A stretch of DNA of 64,000 nucleotides from contig JBFWMG010000005.1 of NCBI GenBank assembly GCA_050251715.1, positions 139,766 to 203,765 of the forward strand, read 5' to 3'. Below the pieces are notes generated by a model. That model saw only the letters and a list, made by a program, of their open reading frames with translations, was not told where the DNA came from and searched no databases. Both the position numbers and the translations under genes were made by a program. Positions 48,867 to 57,620 of the stretch are shown in pieces. This DNA is from Desulfovibrionaceae bacterium. GTDB taxonomy: Bacteria; Desulfobacterota; Desulfovibrionia; Desulfovibrionales; Desulfovibrionaceae. How positions within the stretch are numbered: the stretch's first letter is position 1; each line of letters opens with the position of its first letter.

Positions 48867-49652
48867 GTGCTTGTGGCTCGAACCATTGTCATAGCAAACC
48901 AGAAGGGCGGGGTGGGCAAGACAACGACCTCGGTCAACCTTGCCGCATCCTTGGCCGTCATGGAAAAGCGGGTCCTGATCGTGGACTGCGACCCCCAGGC
49001 CAATGCGACCAGCGGCCTGGGCATCGACCCCGACGAGTTGCAGGAAAACCTGTACACGGTCTTTTTCCATGCGGACCGCGCCATGGATGCCGTCATTGAC
49101 GCTGGCCAGCCCAACCTGTCCATCATCCCCTCCCACACCAACCTGGTGGGCGCGGAGCTGGAACTGGTGGACAAGATGGCGCGCGAGTATTACCTGCGCG
49201 ACCTGCTCCATTCCCTGGAAAGCCATTTCGACTACATTCTGCTCGACTGCCCCCCCTCGCTGGGCCTGTTGACCCTGAACGCCCTGTGCGCGGCCCGCGA
49301 AGTGCTGGTGCCCTTGCAGTGCGAATATTACGCGCTGGAAGGCATCGTAAAGCTGCTGCAAACCTACGAACAGGTCAAGAAACGCCTCAATCCCAGCCTG
49401 CGCCTCCTGGGCGTGGTGCTCACCATGTACGACATCCGCAACAGGCTCTCGCGGCAGGTCAAGAACGAGGTGCGCAAGTGCTTCCCCGACCACCTGTTCG
49501 AGACCGTTGTGCCGCGCAATGTGCGCCTGTCCGAGGCGCCGAGCTTTGGCAAGTCCATCGTGGGCTACGACGTCAAATCCAAGGGCGCGGAAGCCTATTT
49601 GGCCCTGGCGCGCGAGGTGGTGCTACGCAAGCCCAAATCCGTCGAAGGGTAA
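48867..49652 (+). CDS. parA: ParA/Soj chromosome partitioning ATPase
   Basis: Deviant Walker A IANQKGGVGKTTT, followed by VDCDPQANAT. The start is GTG 48867 or GTG 48873. Confidence 0.9.
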   Translation: MLVARTIVIANQKGGVGKTTTSVNLAASLAVMEKRVLIVDCDPQANATSGLGIDPDELQENLYTVFFHADRAMDAVIDAGQPNLSIIPSHTNLVGAELELVDKMAREYYLRDLLHSLESHFDYILLDCPPSLGLLTLNALCAAREVLVPLQCEYYALEGIVKLLQTYEQVKKRLNPSLRLLGVVLTMYDIRNRLSRQVKNEVRKCFPDHLFETVVPRNVRLSEAPSFGKSIVGYDVKSKGAEAYLALAREVVLRKPKSVEG

Positions 49653-49667
49653 GTTGTCATTGTGCAC

Positions 49668-49704
49668 AAAAAAGGCCCGCTCCTCTCGGAGCGGGCCTTT
49701 TTTT
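49668..49704. terminator. bidirectional intrinsic terminator between parA and the antisense Cys-rich gene
   Basis: AAAAAA-GGCCCGCTCC-tctc-GGAGCGGGCC-TTTTTTT. Confidence 0.8.
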
Positions 49705-49721
49705 ATCGCTCGCAGGCAGGG

Positions 49722-50162
49722 CTATTCGCACACGGCGTCGTTGGAAGCCTTGCACTCGCAGGTTATCTTGTCCTTGAAATGCCGCTTGATGACCCGGGCA
49801 TGGCATTTTTGGCACACAAAGATGGCCATGCCGCCCATATTGCACGCGCGCAACCGGAACAGGCGGGGCGAGTCCTTTTCCCAGTCCTCCGTGGCGTTGC
49901 CGCACACGTCGCAATGCACCTCGGCCGTGTAGGGATAGCGAAAATCCCAATAGGATTTGAGCTGTTCCCAGTCATGGAGGGGTTCCACCATTTCTGGCGC
50001 GGAAATTTTCCCACCACGCGCCTCCAAATCCTTTATGCCTCGCTCCAATATGGGCCACAGGGAATCCTCCACCTGGCTCCACAGTTCCGGACTGATGACC
50101 ACGCCAAACAAGACCCTGTCTTGCTTGTACAATGGCATGATGTGTTCTTTGTCTTGGGGCAT
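49722..50162 (-). CDS. Cys-rich zinc-ribbon-like hypothetical protein (146 aa)
   Basis: ATG at 50162 follows GCGGAGAAACGC (RBS). The CxxC pairs are CDVCGN and CQKCH, with further Cys in the C-terminal CECKASNDAVCE. GC content is lower than in the neighbours. It is convergent with parA and divergent from parB. Confidence 0.65.
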   Translation of the reverse strand: MPQDKEHIMPLYKQDRVLFGVVISPELWSQVEDSLWPILERGIKDLEARGGKISAPEMVEPLHDWEQLKSYWDFRYPYTAEVHCDVCGNATEDWEKDSPRLFRLRACNMGGMAIFVCQKCHARVIKRHFKDKITCECKASNDAVCE

Positions 50163-50262
50163 GCGTTTCTCCGCGGTCTTGGGGTATGGCTGGCACGGGC
50201 GTGGCCTTGCGCAGCGGTTCGTAAAGAGATAGTCTGCACGCGAATAAAGTCAAGGAGGGGTT

Positions 50263-51201
50263 ATGGCGGCAAACGATCGCGGGCTTGGCAGAGGGTTGGA
50301 CGCGCTGCTCAAGGGCTACCAAAGCAGTAATGACGCGCCGGAAATTCATGAGTTGTCCATAGCCTCCATAGTGCCCAACCCATACCAGCCCCGCCGCGAA
50401 TTCGCGCCCGATGCGCTGGACGAACTGGCCCTGTCCATCAAGCAACAGGGCGTGCTGCAACCCGTCCTGGTCCGCGCCGTGGCAGGACCCAATGGGCAAA
50501 ACTATGAGCTGGTGGCAGGGGAACGCCGCTTGCGCGCCTCGCAACTGGCCGGCATGAGCACCATTCCGGCCATGGTGCGCGAGCTTTCCAATGAGGAAAG
50601 CCTGGCCATTGCCCTGATCGAAAATTTGCAGCGGGAAGACCTGAACCCCATTGAAGAAGCCCTTGGCCTGCAACAGCTCAAGGACCAATTCGGCCTGAAT
50701 CAGGAAGATCTGGCCAAGCGGATCAGCAAAAGCCGTCCTGCGGTCGCCAATCTGCTGCGGTTGCTCAATCTGCCGCAGGCCATTCAGGACGACATCCGGC
50801 TCGGAAACCTCAGCTCAGGCCATGCCCGCGCCCTGCTGGCCATTGACGAGGCCATTGTCCAGACCGCCCTGCGCAACCGGATTGTGGAGCACGGTCTCAC
50901 GGTGCGCGACGCCGAGGCGCAGGTCGCTTTTTGGCGCGAACACAAGGAGCTGCCGCCAGCGGCCGCCGCTCCCCTGCCTGCCACATCGCGTAAGCGCGTT
51001 GCCAAGGAAGAGTCTTCTCAGGCCAGCGATCTGGATGTGCTGGCGGACAAACTAACCGACGCCTTGCAGGTCAAGGTCGCGGCGCGGGGCTCCATGTCCC
51101 GTGGCCATCTCATCCTTTCCTTCCGCTCCCACAAGGAGCTGGAAGCCGTGCTGGGCGCCATCGGCATTGATCCGACATCGTTTTTCGCCAACCAACCCTA
51201 A
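50263..51201 (+). CDS. parB: ParB/Spo0J chromosome partitioning protein
   Basis: GLGRGLDALL at the N-terminus, the ParB box GERRLRA and an HTH region. Confidence 0.9.
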   Translation: MAANDRGLGRGLDALLKGYQSSNDAPEIHELSIASIVPNPYQPRREFAPDALDELALSIKQQGVLQPVLVRAVAGPNGQNYELVAGERRLRASQLAGMSTIPAMVRELSNEESLAIALIENLQREDLNPIEEALGLQQLKDQFGLNQEDLAKRISKSRPAVANLLRLLNLPQAIQDDIRLGNLSSGHARALLAIDEAIVQTALRNRIVEHGLTVRDAEAQVAFWREHKELPPAAAAPLPATSRKRVAKEESSQASDLDVLADKLTDALQVKVAARGSMSRGHLILSFRSHKELEAVLGAIGIDPTSFFANQP

Positions 51202-51225
51202 TACGATACGTCATACAAAACATCC

Positions 51226-52281
51226 ATGCCACTGTCATCAAAACAGCCCATGACGCTTAGCACTCCCCATCTCCTCGCCGCTGTCGGCGCCATGCGGGAC
51301 AAGCGCGTTCTCATTGTCGGCGACCTCATGCTCGACCACTATGTGTCCGGCGAGGTGGAGCGCATCTCGCCCGAAGCCCCGGTTCCCGTGGTGCGGGTTT
51401 CCTCCGAACGCCATCTGCTGGGCGGCGCGGGCAATGTGGCGCGCAATGTGGCGCAGCTGGGCGGTGCGCCCCATCTCATCAGCGTGGTGGGAGCCGATAC
51501 CAATGGGGCATTCCTTGCCACGCTCTTGCAGCAGGAATCCATTGCCATGGATCTGGTGCGGGACACGGCCAGGGCCACCACGGTCAAGACGCGCATCATT
51601 GCCCACAACCAACAGGTGGTACGGGTGGACCACGAAAGCGACGGTCCTGTGAGCGAGGCCACGCGCGATGCGATTCTGGTGGCGGTGGACCAGCGGATCG
51701 ACGACTTTGAGGTGGTACTGCTTTCAGACTATGGCAAGGGATTGGTCACGCCCGCGTTCATGGACGCCCTGCGTGCCCGCATGCAGGCATGTCCCACCCG
51801 CCCCAAACTGCTGGTGGACCCCAAGACCCGCAATTTTTCCCTGTACCGCAATGCCTTTATCCTGACTCCCAACGCCAAGGAGGCCGTCGAGGGCGCGGGA
51901 TTATACGCGGGCTCGGGCAAGAGCGGCGCACTCCGTTCCGGCGAGGCCATCTTTCAGAAGTTGGCGTGCGACCACCTGCTCATCACCCTGGGCGCGCAGG
52001 GCATGGCGCTCTTTCAATCCCTGGACGCCATCCAGCACATCCCAACCGTGGCGCGCAAGGTGTTTGACGTGACCGGCGCGGGCGATACGGTCATCGCCAC
52101 ACTGGGCCTTGCCCTGGCCGCAGGCATCGACCTGCTTACCGCCAGCCTGTTGGCCAACTTTGCCGCAGGCATCGTGGTGGGGCAGATAGGCGCGGCCTGC
52201 GTGTCGCCGGACGAACTGGCCCAGGCAATAGACGCCCTGCCCGTGCCCCACATCACGCCCTGGTCGTTGCACGAGGCATGA
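51226..52281 (+). CDS. hldE: D-glycero-beta-D-manno-heptose-7-phosphate kinase (RfaE domain I, PfkB family)
   Basis: VLIVGDLMLDHYVSGEVERISPEAPVPVV and the C-terminal DVTGAGDTV motif. Confidence 0.85.
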   Translation: MPLSSKQPMTLSTPHLLAAVGAMRDKRVLIVGDLMLDHYVSGEVERISPEAPVPVVRVSSERHLLGGAGNVARNVAQLGGAPHLISVVGADTNGAFLATLLQQESIAMDLVRDTARATTVKTRIIAHNQQVVRVDHESDGPVSEATRDAILVAVDQRIDDFEVVLLSDYGKGLVTPAFMDALRARMQACPTRPKLLVDPKTRNFSLYRNAFILTPNAKEAVEGAGLYAGSGKSGALRSGEAIFQKLACDHLLITLGAQGMALFQSLDAIQHIPTVARKVFDVTGAGDTVIATLGLALAAGIDLLTASLLANFAAGIVVGQIGAACVSPDELAQAIDALPVPHITPWSLHEA

Positions 52282-52365
52282 GGCTCAACCAGCAGCCCGC
52301 GCACGCCACAAAACCCTTGAGCTTGCGATTTTCGTTGCCCGTTGCGGCCAAACCGCAAGACCTCA

Positions 52366-52381
52366 TGTTTCATGTGAAACA
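52366..52381. promoter_or_regulatory. parS: parS-like centromere site
   Basis: TGTTTCATGTGAAACA matches the parS consensus at 15 of 16 positions. It lies in the hldE-downstream spacer, about 1.2 kb from the parB end. Confidence 0.7.
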
Positions 52382-52471
52382 TACTGAAAGGATTGGTTGA
52401 ATACCAATAAAAGCCGTTAAACAGGAATGTTACAGACGCCCGCCCACTCTCGTCGGCAACAGGGTACCGCC

Positions 52472-52870
52472 ATGAGCATCTTTCAACGCATTGCAGAAGA
52501 ACGCATCCAAAATTCCATCCGCAACGGCGCATTCGACGACCTGGACGGCGCGGGAAAACCGCTGGCGCTCGATGACGACAGCATGGTGCCGGAAGACCTG
52601 CGCATGGCGTACAAGATGCTCAAGAACGCCGGATTCGTCCCGCCCGAGATAGCTGACGCCAAAGAAATTCGGTCCATCGTGGACATGCTCGAAACCTGCC
52701 AGGACGAAAAAATCCGCTTCACCCAGATCAAGAAACTGGGACTGCTGCTCGCCAAAACCGCCCAGCATCGCAACCGCGCCGTTGTCCTGGACGAAAACTC
52801 GGACTACTACCGCAAGGCCGTGGCGTGCCTGTCCGTGGCGGCCCAGACAAAGACAGCCGGTTCGCGCTGA
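52472..52870 (+). CDS. DUF1992 (DnaJ-like subfamily C member 28-type) domain protein
   Basis: ATG at 52472. IAEERIQNSIRNGAFDDLDGAGKPL...LKNAGFVPPE is the typical DUF1992 signature. Confidence 0.75.
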   Translation: MSIFQRIAEERIQNSIRNGAFDDLDGAGKPLALDDDSMVPEDLRMAYKMLKNAGFVPPEIADAKEIRSIVDMLETCQDEKIRFTQIKKLGLLLAKTAQHRNRAVVLDENSDYYRKAVACLSVAAQTKTAGSR

Positions 52871-53965
52871 CACCATCCAACATCCCGCCCTCCCCTGCGC
52901 GGCCAAAACAGGTGCGCAAAAAACGAACCACGCCTACCAGCCTCATGCCCTGCTTCTCCCTGTCCATGCTCCCATGCTCCACTGCCCCCGCGCACATGGC
53001 ACCGTGTCGCCCAACGGTCCCCTGCCGCACGCGCCCATGGGGGCATCACAAACCGATCGCCAGGTCGAGCGACCCGAACCCGACACATTGCCCACCCGGA
53101 TCAGCATGCCGCCGCACAAATCATGGACGGCATCATACCGTCACCTTCCAAAATTCCCACGCGTGAGCCCCCCCGAAACGCGTCAGGCACCCATAGGCAC
53201 CCAACCTACCAGCACCTCCTCCAGCTTCTGTGTTCTCGTTCCACAGCAGCCGATCACACGCCCAGATCCATCCGACGAAAACCACACTCAAGCCATCGGC
53301 CGAGAACATCGGGGCCGACATGATTCCCGACCGAAACTATCGAGTACCCGTCACGTCGCCCACAAAGACGAAATGGCCAGGCGGACACCAGCGCCTCCTG
53401 CGTGCGTCTCTTGTCCCAATCCCCCAGAAGGGATCCCGGCCCCAAACCGCCCTCGCCTCTTCCTGCGCATCGCTGACCCATGGATCACACCGCACCCTAG
53501 AATTGAAATGCCCTCACCCATCCCAGACCAGGCAGTCTTCACATCCGTCCAGCCCTCCATCCTCATCCACTCCGAAATCATCGCCCTCTCGCCTACACGT
53601 TACGCATGCCTCCCAGCATGGCCGTTGGTCTGCCATGACCAACCTCCCCTTCATCAACCTCGCACCATGGGTCAAGCCATCGGTCGATACCACGATCTCG
53701 CTTTTGTCATTTCTTAGGCTTTGCCCGGATCCCTCTTTTTGCTCGTGATGGCAGTTCTTGCCGACGTGGGCCTGCAACGCGCTGAAAATAGACCTTCCAC
53801 AACCCACGCGCGGGCATCATATATCGGACAACCCGAAACAGGACGGTCGCAGGCATCACGGCCACGGGTAGTCGCCCCCAACACCCTCGATTTCGCGCGG
53901 AAAGGGGGTTTTCCGGGGTGGAAGGCGTGGACGCGACCAACGGGTCGATTTTTGAAAAATAACGG

Positions 53966-55276
53966 TCAGGAGCGACGAAAAAGGGCGGCGAAAAAGAACT
54001 CGCCCAGAGGGGAAGAGGCGGGCGTGGCCCACGATGTCTCAATGGAAAAGCCGGCATGCTCGGCCACAAGGCGCGCGGCCTGCTCCTCGTTCTCCGCAGG
54101 CGAGAGCGTGCAGGTGATGTAGGCCAAACGGCCACCGGGACGCACCCTGCCCGCGCACGCCCGCACAATGGCCTGCTGCGTGCGCACAAGCGTCTCCAGG
54201 TCGCCTGGGGTGCGCCGCCACTTGGCGTCGGGCCTGCGGCTCAGCACGCCCAGGCCGGAACAGGGAACATCGAGCAGAATGGCGCCAAAAGACCCCTCGA
54301 ACGGAGCCTGTGCCCCATCGGCGGCAGCGACCGCGACCGGGACGTCCGGCAGCCCCAGCCGGGCGCACTGGCCAGGCAGTTGCGCCATGCGCCGCGCGCT
54401 GGGGTCGCTGGCCAGCACGTCGTCCCTGCCCTGCTCCACAAGGGCCAGTGTCTTGCCGCCGCGCCCGGCGCACGCATCCCATATGGGGCCGTCCCAGGAT
54501 TCGGGGCGCAGCGCCTGCAAGGCCTCCTGCGCGGCCAGCGACTGGAAGGAAAGGATTCCCTGCGCATGCCGCTCCTCAAACGACAGGGCCGCACCGGCCG
54601 CGAACGCCAGCCCCGGACGCAGCGCGGCGACACAGTCGTCCCTTTGCGCAAGGGTGTCGTATGTGGCCGGGCCCGCCGCGTGGCGCATGTTGACGCGTAC
54701 GCCCGTGGGCGGGGCCGCCACACCGGCGCGCAGATAGGCCTGCGCGGTCTCGTCGCCGTACGCGCCGCGCCACAGCCGCACCAGCCATTCCGGGCAGGCG
54801 TAATAGCGCGCCCACAATCGGTCCACCCCGCCCTTGCCGTCATCCACAAAGGCCATGGACGACGCGTCCGCACCCGTGCGCGCCACGTTGCGCAGCACCC
54901 CGTTGGCCACCTTGCCCAGGCCCGCGTGGAACGCGGTGCGGGCAAAGGTCACGGCCCAGTCCACGGACGCGTAATCCGGCACCTTGGCCAGGAACAGCAG
55001 TTCATACACCGCCACGCCCAATGCGAGCCGCAACCGGGAAGGCAGTTTTTCAGGGGAACGCAGAAAATGTTCGAGAATCGCGTCGAGCCGCCCTTTCAGG
55101 CGCAGATAGCCATAGCACAGCTCCGTGGCCAGGCCGCGATCCTGCGGCCCCAGGGGCGTGTGGCGCAGCGTGTGGTCCAGGGCGGCCTGCACGTCCTGGC
55201 CGCCGCGCAGCACGGCGTCAAGGCACGCCAGCGCCGCCGCGCGCGCCGGAGGCAGGGATTCGCGCGTGTGGGCCAT
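53966..55276 (-). CDS. rsmB: 16S rRNA (cytosine967-C5)-methyltransferase
   Basis: 436 aa with a NusB-like N-domain and a methyltransferase domain (DACAGRGGKT, DVPCSGLG, YITCT). It is the last gene of the def-fmt-DUF116-rsmB string. Confidence 0.9.
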   Translation of the reverse strand: MAHTRESLPPARAAALACLDAVLRGGQDVQAALDHTLRHTPLGPQDRGLATELCYGYLRLKGRLDAILEHFLRSPEKLPSRLRLALGVAVYELLFLAKVPDYASVDWAVTFARTAFHAGLGKVANGVLRNVARTGADASSMAFVDDGKGGVDRLWARYYACPEWLVRLWRGAYGDETAQAYLRAGVAAPPTGVRVNMRHAAGPATYDTLAQRDDCVAALRPGLAFAAGAALSFEERHAQGILSFQSLAAQEALQALRPESWDGPIWDACAGRGGKTLALVEQGRDDVLASDPSARRMAQLPGQCARLGLPDVPVAVAAADGAQAPFEGSFGAILLDVPCSGLGVLSRRPDAKWRRTPGDLETLVRTQQAIVRACAGRVRPGGRLAYITCTLSPAENEEQAARLVAEHAGFSIETSWATPASSPLGEFFFAALFRRS

Positions 55277-55279
55277 GGC

Positions 55280-56092
55280 CTATTCCTTGCGCAGGAAATG
55301 GGCCAGAGCCTGCTCCAGGGCGGGAATGGGCACCAGCGTGTCGAGGCAGGGGCCGTTGGGCCGCTCGTTGAGCACGCCGAACACGGGGATGGGATAGGTG
55401 TCCTGGATGCCGCTGGACAGGTCGCGCTCACAGGCAACCGCGATGATGAGCTTGGGCCGGGTCTGCACCACGATGCGCCGGGCGATGGTGCCGCCCGTGG
55501 CGATGGCCAGGTGCACGCCCCAGATTTCGGCCAGTTCGAGCAGCTGCTTGATGGGGCATTTGCCGCACCGCTTGCAGTTGTTGATGTCGTAGGTCAGGCG
55601 CATGTCGCAATGGCTGTTCTGCAGGCAGTGCGGCATGAGCAGCAACACTTCGTCGGCCGTGTAGGTGCGCGCCTCGCTGAGCACCAGTTCGTTGTTGACC
55701 TTGATGAACGAGTTGCGGATGCGCTCCTTGTTGATGCCGATGAGGCGGCCGAACAAGGTCATGAGGGGCAGAAAGAGCTTGATGGTGATGCCGCGCAGCC
55801 GTTTGGAAAAAAGGATGGGACGGCCCAGGATGATATTGAAGACCAACCCGAGCCAGGCCCAAATGACCAGCACGCCCAACAGGGTGAACACGACGCCGGA
55901 GAGCACGGGCGCGGCGGGATGCAGGGCGCGCAGGCCGATGTAGGGCACCACCCAGAGCATGACCAGGATGAAGCAGACGAACAGGGACGTGCCGCTGATG
56001 AGGCCGATGAAGAGCCGCTTGCGCGACGCCACAGTGGTGTTGTCGGCAAGGGCCGCGAGACGGGAAAGAGGATCGCGCGGTGTCTGCATCAT
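55280..56092 (-). CDS. DUF116 domain-containing membrane protein
   Basis: N-terminal TM helices, then the Cys-rich region CLQNSHCDMRLTYDINNCKRCGKCPI and ...VACERDL, typical of DUF116. Confidence 0.8.
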   Translation of the reverse strand: MMQTPRDPLSRLAALADNTTVASRKRLFIGLISGTSLFVCFILVMLWVVPYIGLRALHPAAPVLSGVVFTLLGVLVIWAWLGLVFNIILGRPILFSKRLRGITIKLFLPLMTLFGRLIGINKERIRNSFIKVNNELVLSEARTYTADEVLLLMPHCLQNSHCDMRLTYDINNCKRCGKCPIKQLLELAEIWGVHLAIATGGTIARRIVVQTRPKLIIAVACERDLSSGIQDTYPIPVFGVLNERPNGPCLDTLVPIPALEQALAHFLRKE

Positions 56093-56110
56093 GCGACTCG
56101 GGGAAGGGCG

Positions 56111-57079
56111 TCAGCAGCGGTGCAAATAACCGCACACAAAGGAACGCCCATCCATGGCTTTGCGCCCTTCGGGGCGCACACAGGGTATTTCGTACAACTT
56201 GTCCGTACAGGTAAAGGCCAGATACCCGTCCTGCTCGCCCACCAGCGTGCCGGCAGGCAGCGCCTTCTGCTCCTCGGTCAGGTCCGGGCCAATGCGGCCG
56301 GGCTCCAGGGTAAGGCGCAGCGGCTCGCCCGTGCCGGTGTCGAAAAAGTAAAACGCGCCAGGCCAGGGATGCACGCCCCGGATGTGGTTGTGCACGCGGA
56401 TGGCGGGCCGGTCGAAACGCACCTCGCCTTCCGCCTTGGTCAACTTGGCGGCATAGGAGGACAGGGCATCGTCCTGCGGCATGGCCAACAGGCGGCCATC
56501 CGGCAACCGGTCCAGAGCCTCCACGAGCATGCGCCCGCCCATGTCGGCCAATTGGTCGTGCAGGGTCTCGGAGGTGTCGTCGATGCCGATGCCAAGGGCG
56601 CGCTGCAACAGCATGGGGCCGGTGTCCAGGCCCGCCTCCATCTGCATGATGGTGATGCCGGTGACCTGTTCGCCGTTCATGATGGCGCGCTGGATGGGCG
56701 CGGCCCCGCGATAGCGCGGCAGCAGCGAGCCGTGTACGTTGATGCACCCGTAGCGGGGGATGTCGAGCACGGAACGGGGCAGGATGAGGCCGTAGGCCGC
56801 CACCAGTATGGCGTCCGGGGCAAGGGCGCGCAGCGCATCCACATCGGCGTCCCGCTTGAAATGCTCGGGCTGCATGACGGGAATGCCATGCTCCATGGCC
56901 AAGACCTTGACCGCGGAAGGCTTGCACGACTTGCCCCGGCCGCAGGGCCGGTCGGGCTGGGTGTAGGCGGCAACGATTTCGCCCCCATCCCACCCAAGCG
57001 CATGGCGCATGATGACCGCGGCGAAATCGGGCGTGCCCATGAAAACCAGTCTCAATCGTCCGTTGCCTTTTTCTGCCAT
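56111..57079 (-). CDS. fmt: methionyl-tRNA formyltransferase
   Basis: ATG at 57079. LVFMGTPDFA, the HGSLLPRYRGAAPIQ motif and the C-terminal domain are present. It overlaps the def 3' end by 28 nt. Confidence 0.9.
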   Translation of the reverse strand: MAEKGNGRLRLVFMGTPDFAAVIMRHALGWDGGEIVAAYTQPDRPCGRGKSCKPSAVKVLAMEHGIPVMQPEHFKRDADVDALRALAPDAILVAAYGLILPRSVLDIPRYGCINVHGSLLPRYRGAAPIQRAIMNGEQVTGITIMQMEAGLDTGPMLLQRALGIGIDDTSETLHDQLADMGGRMLVEALDRLPDGRLLAMPQDDALSSYAAKLTKAEGEVRFDRPAIRVHNHIRGVHPWPGAFYFFDTGTGEPLRLTLEPGRIGPDLTEEQKALPAGTLVGEQDGYLAFTCTDKLYEIPCVRPEGRKAMDGRSFVCGYLHRC

Positions 57080-57564
57080 TTCTTCACTTTCTTGTCGTAA
57101 AGCAGCCGCTTGAGCCTGCTGATGCGGTCCACAAGGATCACGCCGTCCAGGTGATCCAGTTCGTGCTGCAGGCATACGGCCAGCAGTTCGTCGGCCTCAA
57201 TGGTAACGCTCTTGCCGTCCAGGTCAAGGGCTTGCACGGTGACCCGCTCCTTGCGCGTCACGGTGCAGCGCAGGTTGGGCAGGCTAAGGCACCCTTCCTC
57301 CGAGTCCACCTCGCCCTCGCTGGCCACGATGCGGGGATTGATGAGCGTCATGAGCCCGGCCTTGTTTTCAGGGCCGGTCACGTCCACCACGACCATGCGG
57401 ATGCTCTCGCCCACCTGGGGCGCGGCAAGGCCGATACCGCTGTCTCCGTACATGGTTTCCGCCATGTTGGCGGCCAGTTCGCGCAGTGCGGGCGTCATCT
57501 CGCCGATCTCCGCGGCCTTTTGGGCCAGCACCGGGTCGGGATAGGTGCGGATGGTCAATTTCAC
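57052..57564 (-). CDS. def: peptide deformylase
   Basis: GTG at 57564 follows GGAGA. It has the three Def motifs GIGLAAPQVG, EGCLS and QHELDH. Confidence 0.9.
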   Translation of the reverse strand: MKLTIRTYPDPVLAQKAAEIGEMTPALRELAANMAETMYGDSGIGLAAPQVGESIRMVVVDVTGPENKAGLMTLINPRIVASEGEVDSEEGCLSLPNLRCTVTRKERVTVQALDLDGKSVTIEADELLAVCLQHELDHLDGVILVDRISRLKRLLYDKKVKKWQKKATDD

Positions 57565-57620
57565 GGTACGATCTCCATCCCGTTTACGTAAGCACTGGCC
57601 ACGCAAAAGGGAACCCCCTG

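Noticed and set aside
48800-52381. Replication origin (oriC) near parAB
   Set aside because: I found no dnaA gene, no cluster of TTATCCACA-like DnaA boxes and no AT-rich unwinding element in the window. The parS sites alone do not define an origin.
52782-53717. 311-aa Pro/His/Thr-rich ORF in the C-rich region, considered as a protein-coding gene
   Set aside because: All three + frames are open there simply because stop codons are rare in C-rich, G-poor DNA. The ORF overlaps the DUF1992 gene by 90 nt, has no RBS-supported start and has an implausible amino acid composition. It is kept only as an alternative under the C-rich region finding.
54056-57100. 1014-aa ORF on the + strand across rsmB, DUF116 and fmt
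   Set aside because: It is antisense to three minus-strand genes with clear family motifs. The product is low-complexity and Arg/Gly/His-rich, so it is a shadow ORF.
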